Below are positions 26,229 to 37,613 of a stretch of DNA of 64,000 nt, in pieces; the stretch's first letter is position 1; the number at the start of each line of letters is the position of its first letter. Position numbers and translations under genes: made by a program. Source of the stretch: Escherichia virus TH47; the sequence record MT446416.1; one strand, written 5' to 3'. A model generated the notes under the pieces. That model had not been told where the DNA came from and did not search any database. It was given only the letters and a program-made list of their open reading frames with translations.

Positions 26229-27053
26229 TTATTTGAAGTTTTTACGTAGAACTTCTTCCAGTGTTTGTTCTGGATTAGCAATTGCAACAGTGTAAATCAA
26301 ATCTTTGAATGCCTGTACTGCTTGCTCAGTTGCTTCTTTACCGAAGTTAGCTGAAATACTGCTAAACATATTTTCAGCACGTTCAGAACTAATTAGTTCA
26401 TTAACAAAGGTATCAATCTCTTTTTTGAGTTGTCCAGTTGTCATGTCACCAATTAGCATTTCATCAACTTCTGGCTTTTCATCAGTACTAACACGTACAT
26501 TTGTAAAGCCAAATACATCATCCAGTGAACCAAAACTATGTTTAACTTTAGAAACAATAGATGGCTTGGTGCGTTCTACTGGTTCTACTGGTTCTTCTTG
26601 TTTCTCTTCAGAATCAGTACTTGATTCGTATGGCTTGGTGAACATATGAGTGAGAACGTCATCAATGTTTTTAATCATACCTTCAACACGTTCTTCAGTT
26701 TTCTTAGTAACTTCTTTGAATGCTTGCTCAAGTAGACGATCTTGAACTGTAGTACGTACATCACCAACAACACCACGTAATTTTTCATTACACTGGTCTA
26801 GAATTGATAATAGTTCACCACTTTTAATTTTGTCAACCAATAAATCAAGGTCAGATTTAACTTCAGGTTTCTTCTCAATACCATTTAGTAAGCTGTTAAG
26901 CTCTTGAGCACCCTCAATCGCTTCTTGATGACTGGTAAATTGAACAGGCACATCAACACCATCTAGAACGATATTGAGTACTTTACCATCTACATAAGCG
27001 TAAGAGTAATATTCTTTTTTGAAGGAAATGGTTTTGAAGAAAATGTTGCTCAT
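26229..27053 (-). CDS. hypothetical acidic protein (274 aa)
   Basis: ORF track. Confidence 0.75.
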   Translation of the reverse strand: MSNIFFKTISFKKEYYSYAYVDGKVLNIVLDGVDVPVQFTSHQEAIEGAQELNSLLNGIEKKPEVKSDLDLLVDKIKSGELLSILDQCNEKLRGVVGDVRTTVQDRLLEQAFKEVTKKTEERVEGMIKNIDDVLTHMFTKPYESSTDSEEKQEEPVEPVERTKPSIVSKVKHSFGSLDDVFGFTNVRVSTDEKPEVDEMLIGDMTTGQLKKEIDTFVNELISSERAENMFSSISANFGKEATEQAVQAFKDLIYTVAIANPEQTLEEVLRKNFK

Positions 27054-27064
27054 ATTGTTACTCC

Positions 27065-27406
27065 TTATTTCCCAGATGCTGGGTATGTTTTAAACATATA
27101 GTGACATTGTACTAAATCATTGAATTTCAATCCAAAATCTTTAGTACCCATCAGTGTGTGATAAAAATAATGTGAAATCTCATTGGTTTCTGCATCTTTA
27201 ATATAGATACCGAACTCGGTACAGCAGAACTGAACGACTTCATTATAACCTACTAATTTCGAAACAACAAGTACTTGATCATAAGAATTTGCATCAAAAC
27301 GAATGATATACATATCTTCAGTTTCAGGATGCACAATCATACCACCACGTGAAATGATTTTGACAAAATTCTCGCTCAAGTACTGAATTGTTGAACTCAT
27401 GTCCAT
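27065..27406 (-). CDS. hypothetical protein, possible divergent FQxST-family member (113 aa)
   Basis: EISHYFYHTLMGTKDFGLKFNDL occupies the position of the family motif. Confidence 0.6.
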   Translation of the reverse strand: MDMSSTIQYLSENFVKIISRGGMIVHPETEDMYIIRFDANSYDQVLVVSKLVGYNEVVQFCCTEFGIYIKDAETNEISHYFYHTLMGTKDFGLKFNDLVQCHYMFKTYPASGK

Positions 27407-27610
27407 CTACGACTCCTTGCGTATAACACGTCCTGTTAAGTGCTCATCTGCACAGAACTTCATTATAAATGCCTTAAGATAGAAGTTGTCTAAGATGCGG
27501 TATGCTTGCTTCTTCATAACAACTTCCTTCTTTTCTACATCTACAATTATATCATGTTCTTCATGAAGTTCCTGGATCATTTTGTAAGTTTGGAAATTTA
27601 GTACGCTCAT
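27407..27610 (-). CDS. hypothetical protein (67 aa)
   Basis: Track start is GTG; ATG at 27610. Overlaps the upstream gene by about 50 nt, so the boundaries are uncertain. Confidence 0.45.
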   Translation of the reverse strand: MSVLNFQTYKMIQELHEEHDIIVDVEKKEVVMKKQAYRILDNFYLKAFIMKFCADEHLTGRVIRKES

Positions 27611-27926
27611 AACCACCTATATCCTCCATTTCCCATAAAATTCCAATCGCAACTGAAAGATCATGGTGAATTTGAAAATAGCCATGTGCAGCAGTGTAGA
27701 TATAACCATGCTTGGTTATTGCATAACCCCACTTCTTACTCTCCGAATGCATCGCACGCTTCAATGCATATGGTGATCGGGGTAGCTTCTCTGGCTCTGG
27801 CTCACGGTTTTCGTTGTAAATCTCTTGTTCGATTCTCAACGCTTTATGATATGAGTATACATGAATTAGACGACAAAGTACAATAGTAATGCAACAAATA
27901 ATTGTAAAATATATCAGATTAATCAT
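27561..27926 (-). CDS. N-terminally anchored membrane protein (121 aa)
   Basis: MINLIYFTIICCITIVLC hydrophobic start. Confidence 0.6.
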   Translation of the reverse strand: MINLIYFTIICCITIVLCRLIHVYSYHKALRIEQEIYNENREPEPEKLPRSPYALKRAMHSESKKWGYAITKHGYIYTAAHGYFQIHHDLSVAIGILWEMEDIGGYERTKFPNLQNDPGTS

Positions 27927-28342
27927 TTCAACCTCTGCATAGAAACGTACTCGTTGATTGCATCAACTAAATCATATCCAGACATCACCGTATCATTGAT
28001 GGTCACATTGTACTTTTTACGAACTTGTGTACCATCTGTTTTACTGTATAGTGATCCATCTGGTTGAATTGTTAAAGTATTGTTTAGAATAAAATCAAAC
28101 ATTTCTTCTTTTGATAGATTTACAGTACGTGTGTCAATATGATCAGTACTTACCAATTCACGAGTATGTTTGACACCGTACTCGGTGTGTTCACCTACAC
28201 TACGATGCAATACCTTTAACTGCTCGGCTGCTGTCTCTTCATCATAGACATGAATAGTTTCAGTACTGTATACAATATCTTGAATATTACCAGTACTTAC
28301 TTCTGTCCATGTATCTTTGAAATGTGTTTTGATTGTTTTCAT
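27923..28342 (-). CDS. hypothetical protein (139 aa)
   Basis: ORF track. Confidence 0.7.
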   Translation of the reverse strand: MKTIKTHFKDTWTEVSTGNIQDIVYSTETIHVYDEETAAEQLKVLHRSVGEHTEYGVKHTRELVSTDHIDTRTVNLSKEEMFDFILNNTLTIQPDGSLYSKTDGTQVRKKYNVTINDTVMSGYDLVDAINEYVSMQRLK

Positions 28343-28353
28343 AGTAGTTCGTA

Positions 28354-28803
28354 TTAGTTATATGAAGTGAATAAATCAATATTTGCATCATCTACACTGA
28401 TTAATTTACCAGTTGAACTAACAAACACAATATTACCACCAGGGGTGAGTTGAACACGCTGGTTTACTGAATATTGATCACTAAGGTTATAATTAGCCCA
28501 TTCAACTACATAACGCTGTTCAACACCATTAGTATCATAAAGATAAACGTGTGTAACATCACGCATTTTTAAACGTTCTAGTAGTGTTGAGTTATCCATG
28601 AAATCAGATGGTGTGTCACTACGTAATGCGATACCGAACTCACCAATACCAGTACGAATAGTTAGACCGTTGGAAAAACGACTACAAAGAGTTTTCTCGT
28701 CAGCAATATGCATCCATAAAACATTCTTTACTTCAATCTCAATGAACTCACAATTTTCAAAAACTAAACCTACTTTAGAAACCTTACCATTAAATTGCAT
28801 CAT
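28354..28803 (-). CDS. hypothetical protein (149 aa)
   Basis: ORF track. Confidence 0.7.
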   Translation of the reverse strand: MMQFNGKVSKVGLVFENCEFIEIEVKNVLWMHIADEKTLCSRFSNGLTIRTGIGEFGIALRSDTPSDFMDNSTLLERLKMRDVTHVYLYDTNGVEQRYVVEWANYNLSDQYSVNQRVQLTPGGNIVFVSSTGKLISVDDANIDLFTSYN

Positions 28804-29206
28804 AAACTCCTGTTTTTTTGTATTTTAAAATAAAATCTCTTGCTGCTTTCATAAGTTTAAATGGAATAGCTAATTCTTTAACAGTACTATCCATGAAATG
28901 TTCTTCTTCTGTATCATAGAATGTTGACATGTAATGGTCACAATCGTCAATTCTATCCCAGAAATCGGATGTACTTGGCTTGTTAGCGATGACAGTTATT
29001 TGTTTATCAGTTTTAGTATAGGAGGCATGTATCGTTAATCCAACATCACCCTTTTCAACACGAATTATAAACGAATTATTAGATGTATAACTCAGCCAAC
29101 AATCTTCACCGAAGTATACAGTACTGTGTTTCTTCTCAAATGTATTACTGTTTTCAAGTACATCAATGACAATATCAACCGCATTGTCACTTAAAATTTT
29201 GACCAT
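28790..29206 (-). CDS. FQxST-motif paralog family member (138 aa)
   Basis: Start re-picked at MVKILSD (GAGGA SD); motif EEEHFMDSTVKELAIP. Confidence 0.7.
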   Translation of the reverse strand: MVKILSDNAVDIVIDVLENSNTFEKKHSTVYFGEDCWLSYTSNNSFIIRVEKGDVGLTIHASYTKTDKQITVIANKPSTSDFWDRIDDCDHYMSTFYDTEEEHFMDSTVKELAIPFKLMKAARDFILKYKKTGVYDAI

Positions 29207-29207
29207 A

Positions 29208-29612
29208 TCATCTTCCTCGTAGGTTTCTGGCAATTTCAAAGATACCATTAATGTTGTCAACTGTCAATCCACACATATCGTATACAGTAGATAGCTGAAA
29301 GAACATATCTTCATCTATAGTAACATGTTCAATCTGCATTTGCAAGAGCACTTCACCAAGAAAATGATCGTATGTTTGTATCTTAAAAGAATCATAATAT
29401 ATATCAATGAAGAATTTTGGCACACCATAGAACGAAACGACAAGTACAATGTTGTCAGAAGCTTCACATGGAACACTCAATGTATTTTTAAATGAACGGT
29501 ATTCAAATGTGTACGGGTCCACGTCACATGTATAGAATGAACTACACCCTTCAGAAAATATTACACCATTTTCAATTAGCATAGATAGTGCATGTGGTGG
29601 AATTTTCAACAT
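29208..29612 (-). CDS. FQxST-motif paralog family member (134 aa)
   Basis: Motif DEDMFFQLSTVYDMCGLT. Confidence 0.7.
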   Translation of the reverse strand: MLKIPPHALSMLIENGVIFSEGCSSFYTCDVDPYTFEYRSFKNTLSVPCEASDNIVLVVSFYGVPKFFIDIYYDSFKIQTYDHFLGEVLLQMQIEHVTIDEDMFFQLSTVYDMCGLTVDNINGIFEIARNLRGR

Positions 29613-29620
29613 TTCAATGT

Positions 29621-30037
29621 TTATCCTTTATTTTGTTGTACGTTATTATGTAGTACACCACAAATATAAAATAATTTACTTAGATTAGAATAACTTATGT
29701 TAGTTAGATCGTATACGAAATTTAGTTGCATATACATATCTTCAGTTAAATCATACAATGATTCGTCCACATCAATTACAATTTTCTTTGTAGTGTCAAT
29801 CTCTACTTTATTAGGCCATACATCAATAACATAATCATCACCATGTTTTTCAGATATGGAAATGAAAACATTATCGCTTTGTTCTAAAAACTCCATGTAT
29901 CCGTTAAGAAATGATCCAGTTATTATCTCATATTCACCAGAATGATACGTTGTTCTGGACTCAAATTCATTTAAAAATATCAAACGATATGTTTGGTTGA
30001 TATACTCATCAATTAAACTAATAACTTCTTTATTCAT
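29621..30037 (-). CDS. FQxST-motif paralog family member (138 aa)
   Basis: Start re-picked at MNKEVISL; motif TEDMYMQLNFVYDLTNIS. Confidence 0.65.
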   Translation of the reverse strand: MNKEVISLIDEYINQTYRLIFLNEFESRTTYHSGEYEIITGSFLNGYMEFLEQSDNVFISISEKHGDDYVIDVWPNKVEIDTTKKIVIDVDESLYDLTEDMYMQLNFVYDLTNISYSNLSKLFYICGVLHNNVQQNKG

Positions 30038-30054
30038 TACATTAATCCCCACAA

Positions 30055-30085
30055 GAAAAAAGGCCGATTCATAATGAATCAGCCT
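30055..30085 (-). terminator. intrinsic terminator overlapping the next promoter
   Basis: Minus RNA AGGCUGAU-(9 nt)-AUCGGCCU plus UUUUUCUU. Confidence 0.6.
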
Positions 30086-30087
30086 TA

Positions 30088-30117
30088 AGTATAACACAGT
30101 AGAAGTAAAAATGTCAA
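30088..30117 (-). promoter_or_regulatory. sigma70-like promoter
   Basis: TTGACA-18 nt-TATACT on the minus strand. Confidence 0.45.
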
Positions 30118-30216
30118 CTTCTAAAATACAGTATCAAAGAGGAATAAAAAAGATACTGTTAGAGGGTAACGAATATAATGAACCATGAGGGTGATATCAT
30201 TATACTTTAAAAGAGT

Positions 30217-30264
30217 GATAGCTTCTAGACAAAAGGAGGAATTCAGTACCGACTAGAAGCTATC
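30217..30264. repeat. 12-bp perfect inverted repeat GATAGCTTCTAG / CTAGAAGCTATC with a 24-nt loop
   Basis: Read directly; lies just downstream of gene 30278-30562. Confidence 0.7.
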
Positions 30265-30277
30265 CGGTTAAACGATT

Positions 30278-30562
30278 TCAGTACTGAATGTTTAGTTTAG
30301 GATGAGTATGTCCATCTTCGATTTGCTTTAGAATCGAGTCGCGGATCTCCACTGCACCCTGATAACTGTATTTATCGTTCGGAACTACCCATGTATATTC
30401 ACCATCAGTGGTTTTAAAATCAATACATGGATTGTCTCTGTATTCAGATGCAATGATTGATATAACATGCAATGAATTCAATGAATGATTTGTATAAGGA
30501 TAATTGTTATTGTCTCGGAACGTGAATGTTTTTAGTTCATCAGGTGCAACAATAAATTCCAT
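30278..30562 (-). CDS. hypothetical protein (94 aa)
   Basis: ORF track. Confidence 0.6.
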   Translation of the reverse strand: MEFIVAPDELKTFTFRDNNNYPYTNHSLNSLHVISIIASEYRDNPCIDFKTTDGEYTWVVPNDKYSYQGAVEIRDSILKQIEDGHTHPKLNIQY

Positions 30563-30753
30563 TATTCATCCTCGTACTTCTTGAATGGTGGAACATCTAC
30601 CTTGAAGTCTTTGCACATCTTAGTTGCACGAACTTCAGTATTGTTGTGGTAATTTTTATTAAATTCATAAGAAACATAATTACGAATACCAGGTGTATGA
30701 ATAATAGCAAGAACCAATGTACGACCAAATAAGCATAACAAATTCAAAAACAT
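30562..30753 (-). CDS. hypothetical protein (63 aa)
   Basis: ORF track. Confidence 0.5.
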   Translation of the reverse strand: MFLNLLCLFGRTLVLAIIHTPGIRNYVSYEFNKNYHNNTEVRATKMCKDFKVDVPPFKKYEDE

Positions 30754-30766
30754 ATTAAGCTCCGAG

Positions 30767-31126
30767 TTATGGATTAATCAAACGACACATACCAACTATA
30801 ACATTTATCTCTTCTAATGTCAAGTCACCAATGTCATTTATCATTGAGTACTGGAATAATGACTCTTCTGTGTACTCAAAATCACGTACTGCTATAAAAA
30901 TTGGCTCCTTAGAAACATCTAATGTTATCTTAGCCATTGTACTATATAAATCAAATTGATACAAAATATTAGGAGAAGTATATGCTATGTATATATTATT
31001 ACATTCTGATGGATGTACCAGTGTGAATCCATCATAACATAATATTTTTATGTTAGGATCATCAAAATTACCAGTATAAAGATTCTTACGAACATCTTGC
31101 ATTATACAAGTTATTAAACTAGTCAT
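30767..31126 (-). CDS. FQxST-motif paralog family member (119 aa)
   Basis: Motif TEESLFQYSMINDIGDLTLEEIN. Confidence 0.7.
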   Translation of the reverse strand: MTSLITCIMQDVRKNLYTGNFDDPNIKILCYDGFTLVHPSECNNIYIAYTSPNILYQFDLYSTMAKITLDVSKEPIFIAVRDFEYTEESLFQYSMINDIGDLTLEEINVIVGMCRLINP

Positions 31127-31535
31127 TAAACGGATTTAGAACCTCTTCTGGAATTAATCTTTGAACTTTAAGTATAGCATTAATGTCCTCAAATGTCAAT
31201 CCATTTAGATCGTTTACGAGACAGTACTGAAAGAATTTTTCTTCAGTATCTATATCGTCAAAATTCAATTCAATTCTAGTGTCAATATAATCACTATTTA
31301 CATTAGCAATTCTGATTTTAACTCGTTCAAAATACACATCAAATGAATAAAAATGATCATTGATTTCATAACCAAGAAAAATATTAAAACATTTACTCAA
31401 ATCAGTGGTTTCGTTCAAATCGCCATCATAGCAAAAAACTCTAACTTCACCAATATCTTCTAATTGTACATCATGCAGTGACCATGCGTTGTTTTTTAAT
31501 ACGTAGTTCACCATTTTAACAATGTTGTATTTCAT
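31119..31535 (-). CDS. FQxST-motif paralog family member (138 aa)
   Basis: Motif TEEKFFQYCLVNDLNGLTFEDIN. Confidence 0.7.
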   Translation of the reverse strand: MKYNIVKMVNYVLKNNAWSLHDVQLEDIGEVRVFCYDGDLNETTDLSKCFNIFLGYEINDHFYSFDVYFERVKIRIANVNSDYIDTRIELNFDDIDTEEKFFQYCLVNDLNGLTFEDINAILKVQRLIPEEVLNPFND

Positions 31536-31552
31536 AGTGTACCTTAAAAAAT

Positions 31553-31948
31553 TTATTTACGATTCCTTGCGGAGTTCTTGTTCCTCGCTCTGAATGTTGG
31601 TGTCATCGAATGACAATTAGGGCAAAGGATTTTTAAATTCGGTAGGTCATTATTTGTAGCATCACCATCAATGTGCTCAACTTCTGTCAGTACTGCACCA
31701 TCAACTGGGTGACGTTTATCCCATCCACATTCTTCACATGCAGTTCCGCGTGTTTCATGTAGATATCTTCTCACAAATGGGCATAACTGTATGGTAATAC
31801 CTTTATATCCAGGATGTTCACCGTTAAGCCATTTATCAACTTTCTGTTGATATTGTAGCTCTTGTTGACATGCAACACTACAATATTTTGTTTGGCCCTT
31901 TCGAACCAATTCAATTTTACAACATGTACAATAACGTTTTTCTTTCAT
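31553..31948 (-). CDS. HNH endonuclease (131 aa)
   Basis: CTCC..C..C, then CEECGWD...VEHIDGDATNNDLPNLKILCPNCH; start re-picked after a GGAG SD. Confidence 0.75.
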   Translation of the reverse strand: MKEKRYCTCCKIELVRKGQTKYCSVACQQELQYQQKVDKWLNGEHPGYKGITIQLCPFVRRYLHETRGTACEECGWDKRHPVDGAVLTEVEHIDGDATNNDLPNLKILCPNCHSMTPTFRARNKNSARNRK

Positions 31949-32076
31949 ATAGTTCTCCATATATTATGGAGTATTTATATGTAAGAAAAATATCATTTTT
32001 GAGGTCAATATCAGAATTGCACTGATTATTCAGACTTACAAGGTCCGTGTTATACTCTTTTAACTAATCGACCTGA

Positions 32077-32458
<382 letters not shown>

Positions 32459-32477
32459 GCATACTCGAAGTACCTCT

Positions 32478-32583
<106 letters not shown>

Positions 32584-32627
32584 AATTGCTTTATAAGCTA
32601 CTGAATCGGGAATCACAACCTCCCCAT

Positions 32628-33145
<518 letters not shown>

Positions 33146-33154
33146 ATTTGTTTC

Positions 33155-33340
33155 CTATGAAATGAATGTAGCGTTAATTCCCATTATAAATGCAAATATA
33201 CCAAACAATATCAGACCGATTGGTACAAAGATCATAGATCTATTTCCATGTTTCGATAAAAATCGTTCAAGTATAATTAAACGTATTGATATAGGAACCA
33301 TTATAATAATATACAATATTGAAAGAATTAAAAGTTGCAT
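33155..33340 (-). CDS. small two-pass membrane protein (61 aa)
   Basis: ORF track; hydrophobic. Confidence 0.5.
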   Translation of the reverse strand: MQLLILSILYIIIMVPISIRLIILERFLSKHGNRSMIFVPIGLILFGIFAFIMGINATFIS

Positions 33341-33368
33341 TTTAATTTCCTATTATCATTTCGTTTTG

Positions 33369-33441
33369 CGACTCTGGAGGAACTCGAATCCCCAACCAAT
33401 TAATTAACAGTTAATCGCACCACCAATTGTGCTACAGAGTC
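33369..33441 (-). tRNA. tRNA-Asn (anticodon GTT), 73 nt, CCA not encoded
   Basis: Hand-folded cloverleaf GACTCTG-TA-GCAC-AATTGGTG-GTGC-G-ATTAA-CTGTTAA-TTAAT-TGGTT-GGGGA-TTCGAGT-TCCTC-CAGAGTC-G. Confidence 0.85.
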
Positions 33442-33449
33442 ATAATTAT

Positions 33450-34154
33450 TTACAAGCCATGTCTTTTCAAAAATCTAGCAAACACATTTTTGGAAGCACC
33501 ATAGCTTTCATATATACTAACTTTTTTCTCACCATTAGTCAAACGTTTTTTTATATCTTCTATGTTATCTTCTAAACGTTTTACGTTTGCAAATTTCTTA
33601 GATGGTATGTTATTTTTGGTTCTATAATTCAGTACTGAACCTGAACTGATATTCATTATTTTAGCAATTTCAGTATCTAACAAACCTTGGTTAATATATT
33701 CTTTTACCTTTTCATAATCAACTGATGTTTCACCACCCTTTGTATTTGACGGAGGCTTGACCATTTTTTGTGAACACTCAACACTACAATATTTTGTATA
33801 TGATTTCACTTTAGTATGTCTACGGGAAAATTCCGTATTACAACAAGCACATACAAATGAATCATATCGTGCTTGTACTCCATTCTTATGTGTTTTATAA
33901 CGATGTTCATCAACATGAAGTATTTGTAAATTAGACAAATCATCATTTGTGAAATCATTATCAATGTGGTCTGCTTCTTCAGACTCAGTTAAATATCTAC
34001 CTTCTTGTACTGCTAATAGATATCTGGCATATTGAGTACTGCTTCTATCAGTTGGAGAATTATAAAGTATTACAGTTCTTCTACCTTCAGGGTTTATCTG
34101 TATATACCCATTCTTCCAATCATTACTATATGGATATTCTAATTTTATTTTCAT
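33450..34154 (-). CDS. HNH homing endonuclease with C-terminal HTH-like region (234 aa)
   Basis: EADHIDNDFTNDDLSNLQILHVDEHRYKTH; starts 19 nt after the tRNA-Met 3' end and stops 8 nt before tRNA-Asn. Confidence 0.75.
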   Translation of the reverse strand: MKIKLEYPYSNDWKNGYIQINPEGRRTVILYNSPTDRSSTQYARYLLAVQEGRYLTESEEADHIDNDFTNDDLSNLQILHVDEHRYKTHKNGVQARYDSFVCACCNTEFSRRHTKVKSYTKYCSVECSQKMVKPPSNTKGGETSVDYEKVKEYINQGLLDTEIAKIMNISSGSVLNYRTKNNIPSKKFANVKRLEDNIEDIKKRLTNGEKKVSIYESYGASKNVFARFLKRHGL

Positions 34155-34173
34155 TATTTTATTTCAAAGTTTG

Positions 34174-34478
34174 TGAGCCATCTGTGAGTCGAACACAGTA
34201 CCTAACGATTCGTATAATCTATAGTTTTCACTATAGTACGGACTATATCATCATCCCATAGGGATGCCGGACGCTAATGATGTATTACACAGTAAGATCG
34301 TACTGTACCATCTAGTCTCTGCACCTTCCCAATACGCTTATTGGGCTTGGCTCAGGATTGTCATCACCATTACGTGTTAAGATTTCCCTGAATTCATCCA
34401 GTTTTTCAATCACCATTACTGATGAAAGTCACCATTGTCGATGAGTCGTTTGCTCTAACCACCGTGAGCTAATGGCCC
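34174..34478 (-). tRNA. tRNA-Met/Ile2-type (anticodon CAT) interrupted by a 230-nt intron
   Basis: 5' exon (34478-34441) GGGCCAT-TA-GCTC-ACGGTGGTTA-GAGC-A-AACGA-CTCAT. 3' exon (34210-34174) AA-TCGTT-AGGTA-CTGTG-TTCGACT-CACAG-ATGGCTC-A. The joined exons give a canonical cloverleaf. Confidence 0.85.
34211..34440 (-). mobile_element. group I intron (IC3-like) in the anticodon loop of tRNA-Met
   Basis: Follows U36 and ends in G. Contains CAGGGAAA, CAATCCTGAGCCAAGCC, GGGAAGGTGCAGAGACTAGATGG and TAGTCCG, which match the core of bacterial tRNA group I introns as I remember them. No ORF inside. Confidence 0.8.
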
Positions 34479-34507
34479 GATTTGGGTGTTCCTAGTGTTT
34501 CATTATT

Positions 34508-34721
<214 letters not shown>

Positions 34722-34733
34722 AAATTAATTATA

Positions 34734-35126
<393 letters not shown>

Positions 35127-35483
35127 ATCACCAACTTTAATTAAAAAAATGGATGGTTACGCTTTTAAACGCCGCTGTTAATTCAGCTTTATAACCACCC
35201 GTTTTAACTTGCCTTTCGGCTACCTTGACGTGGGGGCGTACAGGCTACTAAAAGCAACTTCTGTAAACATATTTCCACACCTTACCCTTTTAAATAAAAG
35301 TCCATCCGGTTTTCCAGTTTGGTGAAGGACTGTCACCTCTAGTTTAAACCTGCTAGTCAAGTAATAATTGCCTATCGTCCAATTATCAAACCCGTCTAGG
35401 TTAACATTCACCACTTCCTAGAGTGCCAGAGATCTTGTTCTGGATTTCATCGACGTAACTTACACCATATACGTCTGATTGTG
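35127..35483 (-). ncRNA. ORF-free structured leader or candidate ncRNA (~355 nt)
   Basis: Starts just after promoter 35490-35518. About 45% G+C in a counted line. Hairpins include GCC-GAAA-GGC and GGTGA-cagtcct-TCACC. Ends ..CCAUCCAUUUUUUU 20 nt before the next ATG. Track ORF 35220-35414 is implausible. Confidence 0.3.
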
Positions 35484-35489
35484 GAATTC

Positions 35490-35514
35490 ATTATATCAGT
35501 ACTGAACTATTTAG

Positions 35515-35518
<4 letters not shown>
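35490..35518 (-). promoter_or_regulatory. sigma70-like promoter (extended -10)
   Basis: TTGACT-aaatagttcagtactga-TATAAT; the -35 overlaps the stop of 35515-35871. Confidence 0.6.
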
Positions 35519-35893
<375 letters not shown>

Positions 35894-35898
35894 TATAC

Positions 35899-36101
<203 letters not shown>

Positions 36102-36105
<4 letters not shown>

Positions 36106-36266
36106 ATTCGTACCAGTAGTTCAATTAAGTACATTTCATATGCTGGATCGTTGATAAGTTTATCATACAGATGTGACTCTGAAATGAATTCCCAATGATA
36201 TTTTCGCCATTTACCAAAACCTGCATATCTAAAATTAATGTCATTCATCCATTCTTCATGTGTCAT
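36102..36266 (-). CDS. 54-aa MTHEEW-family micro-protein, copy B
   Basis: MTHEEWMNDINFRYAGFGKWRKYHWEFISESHLYDKLINDPAYEMYLIELLVRI; ATGA overlaps on both sides. Confidence 0.6.
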
Positions 36267-36427
36267 AATCGTACCATTATTTCAATAAAGAACCACGGAT
36301 ATACTTCATGGTTTATAAGTTTATCGTATTCTGCTGGGTCTGATATAATTTCCCAATGATATTTTCGCCAACTACCTATACCCGAATATCTAACATTAAT
36401 GTCATCCATCCATTCTTCATGTGTCAT
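36263..36427 (-). CDS. 54-aa MTHEEW-family micro-protein, copy A
   Basis: MTHEEWMDDINVRYSGIGSWRKYHWEIISDPAEYDKLINHEVYPWFFIEIMVRL. Confidence 0.6.
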   Translation of the reverse strand: MTHEEWMDDINVRYSGIGSWRKYHWEIISDPAEYDKLINHEVYPWFFIEIMVRL

Positions 36428-36465
36428 GGTTTTTAACCTTTAATTAAAATTGTCAAAAATGTATT

Positions 36466-37004
<539 letters not shown>

Positions 37005-37024
37005 ATCCTTAATATTATATTTTA

Positions 37025-37096
37025 TAAAGGGCCGGAGAATCGAACTCCGATTGGATTCTTAGAAGGAATCTGTTTTATCCATTAAACTAGCCCCTC
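37025..37096 (-). tRNA. tRNA-Arg (anticodon TCT), 72 nt
   Basis: GAGGGGC-TA-GTTT-AATGGATA-AAAC-A-GATTC-CTTCTAA-GAATC-CAAT-CGGAG-TTCGATT-CTCCG-GCCCTTT-A; the acceptor stem has G1-U72 and G3-U70 wobbles. Confidence 0.75.
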
Positions 37097-37106
37097 AGTA
37101 CTAATA

Positions 37107-37117
37107 ATTATATCACA
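37107..37117 (-). promoter_or_regulatory. extended -10 promoter element TGTGATATAAT upstream of tRNA-Arg
   Basis: The -10 ends 10 nt before the tRNA 5' end. Confidence 0.5.
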
Positions 37118-37156
37118 TCTTTGTGGTCTGTCCCAGAAATTGTGATATAAAAGTTG

Positions 37157-37375
37157 TTATTCTTGTGGTTTAGTTACACCAACACCAATAATGCTTTTAA
37201 TATCAATATGGATATTAGCAAGTTCATTACTGTCAAACGGGTTAGTTTCAGTTACAACAACAGTGGCATCATTAACTAAAACTACTGAACCTTTTACGCG
37301 GTATCCCTGAAGGAGTACTTGAACATTGTCACCAGCGTTTAATGAGTTAATAACTTCTAATAGGGTAGATTCCAT
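37157..37375 (-). CDS. possible Sm/Hfq-like small protein (72 aa)
   Basis: NVQVLLQGYRVKGSVVLVNDATVVVTE fits an Sm1-like pattern (h.h.L..G..h.G.h..hD...hhh); IHIDIKSIIGVGV is Sm2-like; motif-level only. Confidence 0.6.
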   Translation of the reverse strand: MESTLLEVINSLNAGDNVQVLLQGYRVKGSVVLVNDATVVVTETNPFDSNELANIHIDIKSIIGVGVTKPQE

Positions 37376-37391
37376 TTTATATTCCTTACGG

Positions 37392-37583
37392 TTAACTATT
37401 TTTACGTTTTTCTGATTCTGGTACAGTTTTCATTTCACCAATACATAGTTCCATGATGAGTACACCTTTATCATTATAACGTACTACATCTTCAATGTCA
37501 AAATGTCTCGCACTATGAACAACTTCAATACATGCATCATCGGGATATGATTCCAATAATGCTACAAGTTCTGCTTTTGTCAT
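37392..37583 (-). CDS. hypothetical protein (63 aa), related to 32664-32879
   Basis: ORF track; promoter 37614-37641 upstream. Confidence 0.55.
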   Translation of the reverse strand: MTKAELVALLESYPDDACIEVVHSARHFDIEDVVRYNDKGVLIMELCIGEMKTVPESEKRKNS

Positions 37584-37613
37584 TTGCCATCTCTCTGTTA
37601 TTTATCTTTAGTA

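Noticed and set aside
35220-35414. Track ORF MVNVNLDGFDNW... (64 aa) inside the 35.1-35.5 kb ORF-free segment
   Set aside because: It has no SD, does not touch or overlap its neighbours as real genes here do, and sits in a G+C-rich hairpin-dense stretch. It is more likely a chance frame within a structured RNA or leader.
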